Source: an uncultured delta proteobacterium
Lineage (GTDB): Bacteria > Myxococcota > Myxococcia > Myxococcales > Myxococcaceae
Direction of reading: 5' to 3'
Length of the DNA stretch: 64,000 bases
Assembly: GCA_963771175.1 (NCBI GenBank)
Contig: CAVYSY010000056.1
Coordinates: forward strand, 1-64,000
Positions within the stretch are counted from its first letter, which is position 1. Each line of letters opens with the position of its first letter. Made by a program: the position numbers and the translations under genes. The notes under the pieces were generated by a model that ran no database searches, was not told the DNA's origin, and saw nothing but the letters and a program-made list of their open reading frames with translations. Shown in pieces: positions 40,703 through 49,786 of the stretch.

Positions 40703-41701
40703 ATGTCCGTCCGACGTACCGCCCTCCGCAGCCTCTCGGTCCTGGGAGTGCTGTGGGGAGGCATGGCCCTCGCCACGCCCCCCGCCCCCCTCACGCCCCG
40801 CACGCCCACCGGCTTCTCCACCGTGGAGCAGCGCCACGTCTACGCGCCTCCCGATGAGGGCAGCTTCGAGATTCCGATGGTCACCGGAGGCGCGGCCGCC
40901 ACCGAGGTCCTCCTAGAGGAGCCGGAGATGTGCCGGCCGGACGCGAAGGCCACCACGCGCATCACCTACTCCAAGAGCCGCAACGAGGTGGTGCTGGAGG
41001 CGGACTTCGACGGGCTGCCCTACCGCATGTCCTTCACGCGCCCGGTGGACGTCTCCACGCCGTACAACCAGTTCCCCGTCTCCGTCCAGGATGGCAAGTG
41101 GCAGTTCTGGTTCGTGGGGCGGATGCTGAACTTCGACACCACGTACTATTACGACGCCACCACGCTGCAGCTCATCGGCAGCGAGTACGAGCTCCCCGGC
41201 GGGCCGCCCCCCAACAGCATCCCGGTGCCCATCGCCACCATGCACATGACCAGCACGCCGCTCTTCGAGGGCACGCCGGATGGCAAGGGACATGCGCGCT
41301 TCGTGTTCCGCTACGACCAGATGCTCGATGAGCAGGGCAAGGGCGGCGTCTACTTCTCGTACCTGCCCTACAACCTGTGCAAGCCGGACGAGCTCGGGCT
41401 CTATTACACGGACGGCGGGCTGCCGGTGTCGCTGGCGATGAACTTCGACCAGGTGTTGCAGAGCATCTGGTCTGGCTACGGCATGGCGATCGCCACCAGC
41501 CTGGAGCCGGACCCCAAGCCCGCGTACCTGCTGAGCCGTGACAACACGATGATCGGCTGGAGCGGCACGTACCCGAACCTGCGACCGAAGGGCTACGAGA
41601 GCAATCCCTTCAACGGCACGCTGACGCTCAAGACGACGTGCGCCACGCGCATCCAGCCGGCCTACCCCCCGGCCTACTACAACCGCTGCGCCGCCCAGTG
41701 A
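40703..41701 (+). CDS. secreted hypothetical protein, partner of the di-heme protein
   Basis: AGGAG RBS, signal peptide ending ALA, 4 Cys; ends 14 bp before the next gene. Confidence 0.8.
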   Translation: MSVRRTALRSLSVLGVLWGGMALATPPAPLTPRTPTGFSTVEQRHVYAPPDEGSFEIPMVTGGAAATEVLLEEPEMCRPDAKATTRITYSKSRNEVVLEADFDGLPYRMSFTRPVDVSTPYNQFPVSVQDGKWQFWFVGRMLNFDTTYYYDATTLQLIGSEYELPGGPPPNSIPVPIATMHMTSTPLFEGTPDGKGHARFVFRYDQMLDEQGKGGVYFSYLPYNLCKPDELGLYYTDGGLPVSLAMNFDQVLQSIWSGYGMAIATSLEPDPKPAYLLSRDNTMIGWSGTYPNLRPKGYESNPFNGTLTLKTTCATRIQPAYPPAYYNRCAAQ

Positions 41702-41715
41702 GCGAGGACGCCACC

Positions 41716-43056
41716 ATGAAGACCGCCATTGCCTCGCGTTCCTCGCCCCTGCGCACGCTGCTGTCCACCGCCCTGCTCGCCGCCACCCCGGCCCTCGCCC
41801 AGGAGCTCGCGCCCGAGGAGACCCTGCTCGCCACGGCCCGCGTCACCGCTCCCGCGGGCGCGCCCCTGCCGGGACTGAGCCCGGAGGAGCTGCGGAAGTT
41901 CCAGGAGGGCAAGGCCCTCTTCGAGCGCGACTTCACCGCGACCGAGGGCCTCGGGCCCCTCTTCAACGCGCAGTCCTGCGCGCTCTGCCACGCCACGCCG
42001 ACCACCGGTGGCAGCGACCCCACCACCGCCGAGAACGTCATCCACTACACCCTGCGCAATGGGGACATGTTCTTCCAGGCGTTCGAGCTCGGCGGCCCGG
42101 TGCAGCAGCGCAAGTCGCTGAAGCAGTTGCCGGGGGGCTCGGCGTGCCAGCTCGAGCCGGATGTGATTCCGCTGAGCAAGCCTGGAATTGGCACCAGCCC
42201 CCGACACACGCCGCCGGTGTTCGGCTTCGGGCTGCTGGACGCGGTGAGCGACGCGGACCTCCGTTCCTGGGAGGGGGCGCAACCGTGGAAGGCCCCGGGG
42301 GTGTACGGCGTGGCCAACTGGGGCGTGGAGATGGAGGGCCTCGGAAAGCTGCGGGCCTTCAGCCTGGATGGCGGGCGCTCGCAGCCCATCGGCGCGCCTC
42401 GGGTGGGCCGCTTCGGCTGGAAGTCGCAGACGCCGACGCTGTTCCAGTTCACCAACGAGCCCTTCAACATCGAGCTGGGGGTGACCACGCCCTTCTGGCC
42501 TCGGGAGAACACGCCGAATGGGGCGCAGCCTCCGCCCGAGTGCCGCATCCCCAACCAGCCCAACGACGTGAACAGCCAGCTGACGCTGCCGCTCTATTAC
42601 TTCCAGGCGTTCCTGGCGGCGCCGGAGCGCGGGCCCCTCTCCCATGACGCGGCGAAGGGCGAGGAGCTCTTCGAGCGGGCGGGCTGCGACGACTGCCACC
42701 GGAAGACGCTGCGGACGGTGAAGGACTACTACGCGCCGTGGCCGGACGGGACGGTGCACCGGGTGGCGGCGCTGAGCGGCAAGGTGCTGCGGCCGTACAG
42801 CGACCTGCTCATCCACGACATGGGCCCGGGGCTGGAGGACCCTCGGCCGATGGGACGGGCCTCGGGACGGATGTGGCGCACCACGCCGCTGTGGGGCCTG
42901 CGGTACAAGACGCGCTACCTGCACGACGGCTCGGCGGACACCGTGGAGGACTCCATCCTCATGCACGGCGGCGAGGGCCAGTGGTCGCGTGACGCGTACG
43001 TGGGGCTCTCGGCCACCGAGAAGCGCCGGCTCCAGGCGTTCCTCGACAGCCTGTGA
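41716..43056 (+). CDS. di-heme oxidoreductase (DHOR family) protein
   Basis: GLGPLFNAQSCALCH, GRFGWK, CDDCH, YSDLLIHDMG, WRTTPLWG, YLHDG, HGGE. Confidence 0.9.
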   Translation: MKTAIASRSSPLRTLLSTALLAATPALAQELAPEETLLATARVTAPAGAPLPGLSPEELRKFQEGKALFERDFTATEGLGPLFNAQSCALCHATPTTGGSDPTTAENVIHYTLRNGDMFFQAFELGGPVQQRKSLKQLPGGSACQLEPDVIPLSKPGIGTSPRHTPPVFGFGLLDAVSDADLRSWEGAQPWKAPGVYGVANWGVEMEGLGKLRAFSLDGGRSQPIGAPRVGRFGWKSQTPTLFQFTNEPFNIELGVTTPFWPRENTPNGAQPPPECRIPNQPNDVNSQLTLPLYYFQAFLAAPERGPLSHDAAKGEELFERAGCDDCHRKTLRTVKDYYAPWPDGTVHRVAALSGKVLRPYSDLLIHDMGPGLEDPRPMGRASGRMWRTTPLWGLRYKTRYLHDGSADTVEDSILMHGGEGQWSRDAYVGLSATEKRRLQAFLDSL

Positions 43057-43101
43057 GATGGGCCCGAGGGCTCACGGAACCCCCGTGGGCCCCGGGACTC
43101 C

Positions 43102-44190
43102 TCAGCGCGGCGCCTCGCACGCCCGCGCCTGCCCGAGGGCACAGGCCCGCTCCCGGAGGGCCCGTGCCTTCTCGGGAGCAACCCCGCCGGCCAGCGTGAG
43201 GCAGTCCACCCCACTGCCCGCGCGACAGCTCTCGTCGAGCAGTGCCTCCGCCTGGGACTCCAGCGTGGAGGACCGCGGCGCATCCGGACTCACCCCCTCG
43301 GCGCCCTCGCGCAGCCACCAGGCGGCACGCAGGCACGCGGCGGGCTCGCCCAGCGCACAGGCCTTCTCCTGGTACGCGAGCGCGCGCGCCGGCTCCTTCG
43401 GCACGCCCTGCCCCAGTTCGTGGGCCTGCCCGAGCTCGACACACGCCGAGGGCTCACCGGCCTCGCACGCGGTGCGGTAGTGCTCCCCCACCTGCTTGTA
43501 GAGAGCGAGCGCCCGGGCCCTGTCCGGGGCCACCCCGCGCCCCGTCAGGTACCGCAGCGCCAGCGCGGAGCAGCCCCCGGGCACTCCGGCCTCACAGGCT
43601 CGCTGCAGGTACACGAGCGCGCGCGAGTCATCCCGCACAGGGACGGGCCCCGCCTCGAACAGGGTGGCGGCCCGGACGCACGCGGCCCCCTCGCCCGACT
43701 GGCAGGCGGCGGTGAGCAACTCCAGGCCACGCCGGACCCGGGCCTCGCCCTCGGCGGCCTCCACTGGCCCGCCCCGTCCCTCCAGGCGCAGCAGGCCCCC
43801 GGAGACACAGGCCTCGGCATCATCGAGCGCACAGGCGACCTCGAGCAGCGGGCGCGCACGGCGAAAGGCGTCCTCGGAGGCGGGCCCCTGGGAGACCCAG
43901 CCCAGCCCGGCACAGCCGAGCCCGTCGTGGGCCTCGCAGGCCTGACGGTAGAGCCGCCCGGCGCGGGGCACGTCGCGCGCGGTGCCCGAGCCGTAGCGCA
44001 GGCGATCCGCGGCCAGGGTGCAGGCACGGGTGTCGCCGGAGGAGCACGCCGCGAGACACCCGCGCCCCGTCGAGCAGGGCGGCCGGGAGGCGTGGACGGG
44101 AGAGGGCGGCGGCGCCACGGGAGCGGTGGCACACGCCACGAGCAGCAGGGACGCGAGGGCGGAGAGCGACGAGGTTCTCGGGGAAGCCAT
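43102..44190 (-). CDS. Sel1-like repeat lipoprotein
   Basis: Lipobox LVAC; repeated Y..AC..G...C..LG.....G.GV..D. Confidence 0.88.
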   Translation of the reverse strand: MASPRTSSLSALASLLLVACATAPVAPPPSPVHASRPPCSTGRGCLAACSSGDTRACTLAADRLRYGSGTARDVPRAGRLYRQACEAHDGLGCAGLGWVSQGPASEDAFRRARPLLEVACALDDAEACVSGGLLRLEGRGGPVEAAEGEARVRRGLELLTAACQSGEGAACVRAATLFEAGPVPVRDDSRALVYLQRACEAGVPGGCSALALRYLTGRGVAPDRARALALYKQVGEHYRTACEAGEPSACVELGQAHELGQGVPKEPARALAYQEKACALGEPAACLRAAWWLREGAEGVSPDAPRSSTLESQAEALLDESCRAGSGVDCLTLAGGVAPEKARALRERACALGQARACEAPR

Positions 44191-44429
44191 GCGCCCGAAC
44201 CCTACGCGACTACTCCCCGCGTTGTTGACGCTCGAGGAGCACCTCCGAGAAGGCGAGCCACCCGACGAGGAACAGGCCCCCCAGCAATCCGACCAGCGTG
44301 CAGATCTCCATGGCCCAGGGTTACCACCGCCCTCCAGGAGGCGTCACCTGCCCGACATTCCCCGCACGGCCCGGCTCCAGGTGAAGTCAGGCTCCAGCCA
44401 GGCGGCGCAAGCGTGCGAATGTTTCCGGC

Positions 44430-45440
44430 ATGAACGCGCCTCCCCCGTCCTCCCGCACCGCCGTCGTCCTGCTCCAGCAGGAAGAAGATGATGTCGGACA
44501 GCTCGGCCCCGCGTTGCGGCGCGCGGGCTTCACCCTGGACGTTCGCCTGCGAGCACCGGACTCCGAGGACGCGGAAGCGGACCTGGTCGTGGTGATGGGC
44601 AGGTCCTCGAGCAGCCAGGAGGCGGAGCGGACCGCTCTCCTGGAGGAGGAGCGGCGGTTGCTGGCACTCCGGTTGGAAGCAGGCCGGCCGAGCCTGGGAA
44701 TCGGAGTGGGTGCACGGTTGCTCGCCGCCGCCGCCGGGGCCCGCGTTCTCCCGGGCGAGAAGGGCCCGGTGCTAGGCGTGCAACCGGTGTCGCTGACGGC
44801 GGAAGGATTGTCGGACCCCCTGTTCGCCGGCTTCGAGGAGATCTTCGACGTGCTGCACTGGCACGACACGACCTTCGAGTCCGTGCCGGGCGCGCAAGTG
44901 CTCGCATCGTCCGCCCGCTACCCCCAGCAGGCCTTCCGCGTGGGCGGCTCCTACGGCGTGCAGTTCCACCCCGAGGTGGACGTGGTCCTGTTGGAGCGCT
45001 GGGTCCGCGCCGCACCGGAGGACGTGGGCCGCGTGAACCTCGGCGCCGAGGAGTTCCTGGTGCGGGAGCGCCCTCGGCTGGAGCGAGTGCAACAGCCGGC
45101 GATGCTGCTGCTGGAGCGGCTGTCCGCTTTCTTCGCGCGGCAGGTGGGAGCGGGAAAGGGCGGAGAGCGCTACCTCTTCACCGTGGAAGCCACCCACCGG
45201 CTGGCGGGCCGGGGCGTGCTGCTCTCCCCCGGCATCCCGCGGCGCTCGCCCATCGTGCGCGTGGGACAGGCCATCTCCCTCAAGTGTCCCGACGGCTCTC
45301 GCGTGGGGGCCACCGTGCGCGGCATGGCCAGCTTCGGGGAGACGGGGAAGGCCATCCCCCTGCTGGTCCAGCTCGACGCGCCGGACGTGGAGGTTCCTCC
45401 CGGCTCGGAGGCCCTCACCACCGAGCCGCTGACGGTCTAG
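44430..45440 (+). CDS. class I glutamine amidotransferase-like domain (Cys absent) fused to a C-terminal beta-barrel
   Basis: HWHD.TF, LASS..YP.QAFR and GVQFHPE; the nucleophile elbow reads LGIGVGA. Confidence 0.85.
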   Translation: MNAPPPSSRTAVVLLQQEEDDVGQLGPALRRAGFTLDVRLRAPDSEDAEADLVVVMGRSSSSQEAERTALLEEERRLLALRLEAGRPSLGIGVGARLLAAAAGARVLPGEKGPVLGVQPVSLTAEGLSDPLFAGFEEIFDVLHWHDTTFESVPGAQVLASSARYPQQAFRVGGSYGVQFHPEVDVVLLERWVRAAPEDVGRVNLGAEEFLVRERPRLERVQQPAMLLLERLSAFFARQVGAGKGGERYLFTVEATHRLAGRGVLLSPGIPRRSPIVRVGQAISLKCPDGSRVGATVRGMASFGETGKAIPLLVQLDAPDVEVPPGSEALTTEPLTV

Positions 45441-45520
45441 GCCCTCCGAAGCAAGTCGTTTCAAGGGTGACGAGCAGCACCAATGCTCCTGAGCCCCCGC
45501 CTCCCGGGCGCACATTTCAG

Positions 45521-45576
45521 AAACCTGTCCGACTGTCGGACAGGTTTTTGAAAACCGCGCCCGGCGGCCCCCCTCC
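45521..45576. repeat. REP-like palindromic repeat, copy 2
   Basis: Same 27-bp palindrome as 16781-16807; lies between convergent genes. Confidence 0.85.
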
Positions 45577-45621
45577 AGCACGGACTTTCTTTGGATGGAT
45601 TGGCGAGCCGCGCGGACACAC

Positions 45622-46557
45622 CTACGCGGCGATCGCCGGCCCTGCCTCATCCACCGGAGCTGGTGCCGCGGCCTGCGCCTCGGCCGCGGCCTTGCGCCGC
45701 AGGTCCTCGGTGGTCTCGCTGTTGCCATCCGGTCGCCAGCCCGGCGGAGCGACGAAGTAGCCCCACACCTCGCGAAGGCTGCGAGCGCTCTTCAGGTCGC
45801 GCAGGAACGGGCCGAACTGGTGGAAGACGATCTTGAACGGGTTGTTCGTCTCCAGCGGGTGCACCAGCCCGTACCGGCAGGGGAGGTCCTCACGCTCGGG
45901 GACATACGTGCCGAAGAGGCGATCGAAGAGGAGGATCACCCCGCCGTAGTTGGCGTCCAGGTAGTCGAGGTTGGCCGCGTGGTGGACGCGATGCGCCGAC
46001 GGCGTGTTGAGGATGCCCTCGAGCGGTCCCAGCTTCGGCACCCAGTCCGCGTGAATCCAGAACTGGTAGCTCAGATTCAGGGTGTACCCGAGGAAGATGG
46101 ACTCGGGGGTAAAGCCAAACAGGGCCAGCGGCGAGAAGATGACGTAGGCGCCCGTAATCTGTGACGTCCAGGCGAGTCGGCCCGAGGCGAGCAGGTTGAG
46201 CTGGTTCGGCGTGTGATGCACCGCGTGCGAGAGCCAGAACCACCGCATGCGGTGACCGGCCCGGTGATACCAGTAGTAGAAGAACTCGACGCCGAAGAAC
46301 AGGGCCACCCAGGACCAGACGCCATGGGACGAGGCCTCGAAGAGTCGGTGCTCGTAGAGCCAGTACGCGCCCGGGAGCGTGACCGCGAGCGGGAGGAGCC
46401 GGGTGAAGCTCCGGCCCACGCTCACTCCGAGGGAGGCCAGGGAAGAACGCCAGCCATACTCGCGCTTGAAGACGAACCTGTAGGCCAGCACCTCCAGAAG
46501 AACCGCCCCCAGGGTAATGACAATCAGGACGTTGTTCAGAGGGCCGAGGGTGTTCAT
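45622..46557 (-). CDS. sterol desaturase/fatty acid hydroxylase family protein
   Basis: His boxes YWYHRAGH, HAVHH, QFWIH, HRVHH; NYGG...FDRLFGT. Confidence 0.92.
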   Translation of the reverse strand: MNTLGPLNNVLIVITLGAVLLEVLAYRFVFKREYGWRSSLASLGVSVGRSFTRLLPLAVTLPGAYWLYEHRLFEASSHGVWSWVALFFGVEFFYYWYHRAGHRMRWFWLSHAVHHTPNQLNLLASGRLAWTSQITGAYVIFSPLALFGFTPESIFLGYTLNLSYQFWIHADWVPKLGPLEGILNTPSAHRVHHAANLDYLDANYGGVILLFDRLFGTYVPEREDLPCRYGLVHPLETNNPFKIVFHQFGPFLRDLKSARSLREVWGYFVAPPGWRPDGNSETTEDLRRKAAAEAQAAAPAPVDEAGPAIAA

Positions 46558-46648
46558 GGAGGAGCCTCGCGCGGCAGTGGAGGCGGTGTCATAGCACCGC
46601 GCCCCGGGGCCACAAGCGACCGCGCGTCGCGGTCGCCGTGACGACTCC

Positions 46649-47907
46649 TCAAATCCGCACGCCGAGCTGCAGGCCGGGCCAGTACTGCACCGTAGTGGTC
46701 TCGTCCAACTGCCGCTGCCGCACCGGCAGCGTGGAGAGGGTGCGCCGGTCCGCGTCGCTCCAGGCGAAGTAGGTGTTGTAGGTGAGCCCGCCGAAGACGG
46801 CGAGGCGCTCGAGGATGTCCACGCCGAGCATCAACCGGCCCTGCGCCAGCAGGTTGGCGTTGTACCCGAAGGGGTCCCTCACGGGGCGCACCGAGCTGCC
46901 CGCCACGTCCCCATCCAGCCAGAGGCGCTGACCCAGTGGCAGGTGCACGCCCAGCCCGAGCCCGAGGCTGAAGCGCTGGAGCCTGTCATCCGGCCCGATG
47001 CCCGCCAGCAGCGTCGTGTAGACGTACTTCCCGCCGAACTTCACCGCGAGATTGGTGAGCTGGATGTCGCTCGCCCAGGCCTCCACGTGGAACTGGCCCT
47101 TCTTCTCGGAGCTGGCCCGCAGGTCCGTCATCACCAGGTCCCCCGGGCCCGCCAGCTCGATGTCATAGGCGGGGTGCTGGGCGCCACCGCGCGCTTCTCG
47201 GTGCGGGCCAGCGTCTCGTGGAAGGCGAACTGGTAGGCCTCGTTGAGGGTGACGCGCCCGTCGTGGGTGGTGTCGGCCGCGCCGCGCAGGCCCGAGACGA
47301 GATGGTGCGTGAAGTACGAGCCGCCCAGCCTGTCGCTCTCCTGCGAGGTCTCGTCCTCGCTGGAGGAGGTGAGGATGGCGTGGCCCTTCACCGTGTTGCC
47401 CGAGTCCACCAGGAAGGCGGGGCGCCGGGCGCCGCCCTTGGCGCGCGCGAAGGCTCCCGAGGCGCAGCTATCCAGCACGGCGATGCGCACGTCCGCGGGC
47501 AGGGCCTCCAGGGCGCGGCGCAGCTCGCCGTAGTCCATCCGCTCGCCCTTGAGCAGCAGGCCCTCCTCGTCCGAGTGCCCCGAGTAGTAGACGAGCACCT
47601 CCACGCGCGAGGCCCCGGAGGCGCGGGCCGCCTGGGTGCGCGCGCGCAATTCCTCGAGCGCCTCCACCAGCCCCGCACGGCCCGTCTCCAGCAGCAGGCG
47701 CCGGTCCGCCGGGGAGACACCGCCCAGCTCCCCCAGCACCTTGTCGAAGGACCGCGCGTCCGAGACGGCGTAGCGCAGGCGCACGCGCTCGGCGCCGCCG
47801 TCATTGACGCCCACGAGCAGGGCCAGCCGGCGCACCGTGGCCGTCTCGGCGAGGGCGGGCGCGGCGACCAGGAGGGACAGCAGGACGAGGGCTCTCGAGG
47901 CGCTCAT
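46649..47907 (-). CDS. caspase (peptidase C14) family protein with C-terminal beta-barrel-like domain; frameshift near 47185
   Basis: Signal peptide; LRYAVSDA; catalytic YYSGHS and VLDSCASG; terminal PGLQLGVRI. Confidence 0.85.
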
Positions 47908-48085
47908 GGTGAGGGCTTCTCCAGCAGGAACGAGGCCTGCGTGTACCGCGATGGCAGGGGCAGTGGGGAGGTGCTCGCATCGGAGCGCATGGCGAGCGGG
48001 CGGGCGGCGGCGGTGACGAGGAAGAAGCGCTCGAAGCCGGGCGCGTCGTCCTGGGCATAGGCGCCGGGAAGGACGTAGCTGGCGA
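47904..48085 (-). pseudogene. 3' remnant of an ActD-like/DUF4384-type gene
   Basis: LPGAYAQDDAPGFERFFLVT...LPLP...QASFLLEK; stop overlaps the caspase ATG; no recognisable N-terminal part. Confidence 0.5.
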
Positions 48086-48266
48086 ACTCGCGACTGGGAA
48101 GCCACCCGACGGGCGACCTCGGCGGGGGGAAACCGCTCCAGCGTGGCGGCGGTCTCGGCCTCGCGCGTGGGACTGGTGAGAAAGCAGCCCACCCTCCACC
48201 ACCTCTCGGAGTCGTGGAGTTGTTGACTTCACATGAACCCGGACACCCTGGCCTTATCAAGAGTAG

Positions 48267-48482
48267 ATGCTCCCGGTTACCGTGACGACCGACACCCTCG
48301 AAGCGCTCCAGCAGGCCTATCCGCGTGCCCAGCTCGCCGGCAACCGCCAGCTGCTGGCCAAAGAGACGTCGACCCTCCTGGCCGGGCACACGCTGAGCCG
48401 GGAGGTCGCCATTACCCGCCTCCGGGACGCGCTGCACAAGACGGGCCTGGGCACCAACAAGGAGGAGGGCCGCCGTGGCTGA
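48267..48482 (+). pseudogene. short ORF, possibly the 3' remnant of a hybrid kinase/receiver gene
   Basis: C-terminal LSREVAITRLRDAL.K.G resembles receiver-domain ends; overlaps the next gene's start. Confidence 0.35.
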
Positions 48483-49614
48483 CCTCACTGTTTCCGCGAC
48501 GATTCTCAACGTCAACGATGACGAGGCGACCCGCGACCTCTCCACGCGCACGCTGCGCATGGCGGGCTACCAGGTGCTGGAGGCGGCCACGGGCGAGGAG
48601 GCCCTGCGGCTGGCCGAGAGCGAGCGCCCGGACGTGGTGGTGCTGGACGTGAATCTGCCGGACATCAGCGGCTACGAGGTGTGCAAACACTTGCGCTCCC
48701 GCCCGGAGACGGCCTCCCTCGCGGTGATGCACACCTCGGCCACCTTCGTCACCCCGGACAAGAAGGTGCGAGGGCTGGAGGGCGGCGCGGACGCCTACCT
48801 CACCAAGCCCTTCGAGGGCGAGGAGCTCATCGCCACGGTGCGCTCGCTGTTGCGCATGCGGCGCGCGGAGCAGGAGCTGCGCCGGCGCGCCGAGTTCCTC
48901 CAGGAGGCGGATCGGCGCAAGGACCTCTTCCTGGCCATGCTGGCGCACGAGCTGCGCAATCCCCTGGCCGCCATCGCCATGGCGGCGGGCATCCTCGAGC
49001 GCCGGGGCTCGGCGGACCCCAAGGACGGGCGCATGGTCTCCATCATCCAGCGCCAGACAAACCACCTGGCGCGGCTGGTGGATGACCTGCTGGACGTGAG
49101 CCGGATTACGCGGGGCAAGGAGGAGCTGCGCCGCGTGCGGGTGGACCTGCGGGGAGTGCTGGAGCAGGTGCTGACGGTATTCCGCCCGCTGGCGGAGGGC
49201 CGCGAGCTGACGCTGGAGTCCTCCCTGCCGACGGTGCCGCTGTGGATGGAGGCGGACCCGACGCGGCTGGAGCAGATCTTCACCAACCTGCTGGACAACG
49301 CGACGAAGTACACGGACGCGGGCGGCGGCATCTCGGTGCGGGTGGAGCTGGAGCAGAGGGACGGGCTGCCGGGCGCGGGGGTGCGGGTGAAGTACACGGG
49401 CATCGGCATCCCCCCGGACGTGCTGCCCTTGGTGTTCGACCTGTTCTCGCGGGCGGACGAGTCCCTGGAGCGCATGCGCGGGGGCCTGGGCATCGGGCTG
49501 ACGCTGGCGCGCAACCTGGTGGCGATGCACGAGGGCCGGGTGGAGGCGCGCAGCGATGGCCCGGACCTGGGCAGCGAGTTCGTGGTGTGGCTGCCGGTGC
49601 TGCCGGAATCGTGA
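48475..49614 (+). CDS. receiver-histidine kinase hybrid
   Basis: ILNVNDD, VVLDVNLPD, KPF; AHELRNPL, NLLDNA.KY, GGLGIGL; G1 box reads KYTGIG. Confidence 0.9.
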   Translation: MADLTVSATILNVNDDEATRDLSTRTLRMAGYQVLEAATGEEALRLAESERPDVVVLDVNLPDISGYEVCKHLRSRPETASLAVMHTSATFVTPDKKVRGLEGGADAYLTKPFEGEELIATVRSLLRMRRAEQELRRRAEFLQEADRRKDLFLAMLAHELRNPLAAIAMAAGILERRGSADPKDGRMVSIIQRQTNHLARLVDDLLDVSRITRGKEELRRVRVDLRGVLEQVLTVFRPLAEGRELTLESSLPTVPLWMEADPTRLEQIFTNLLDNATKYTDAGGGISVRVELEQRDGLPGAGVRVKYTGIGIPPDVLPLVFDLFSRADESLERMRGGLGIGLTLARNLVAMHEGRVEARSDGPDLGSEFVVWLPVLPES

Positions 49615-49786
49615 ACCCGTCTCCGTGTAGCCCACGCACCCGCACCGCATCCACCCGGGGCACCGTCCGAGACCGCCATATGCCCCCACTGCCTTCGAGC
49701 GACGGAGGGGTTGCTCAGGCGCCCGCCGTACCCGTCCTACCCTTCCCGCGTGGCACGAGCCCGGGCGGGGCTACAATACGAGCGAC

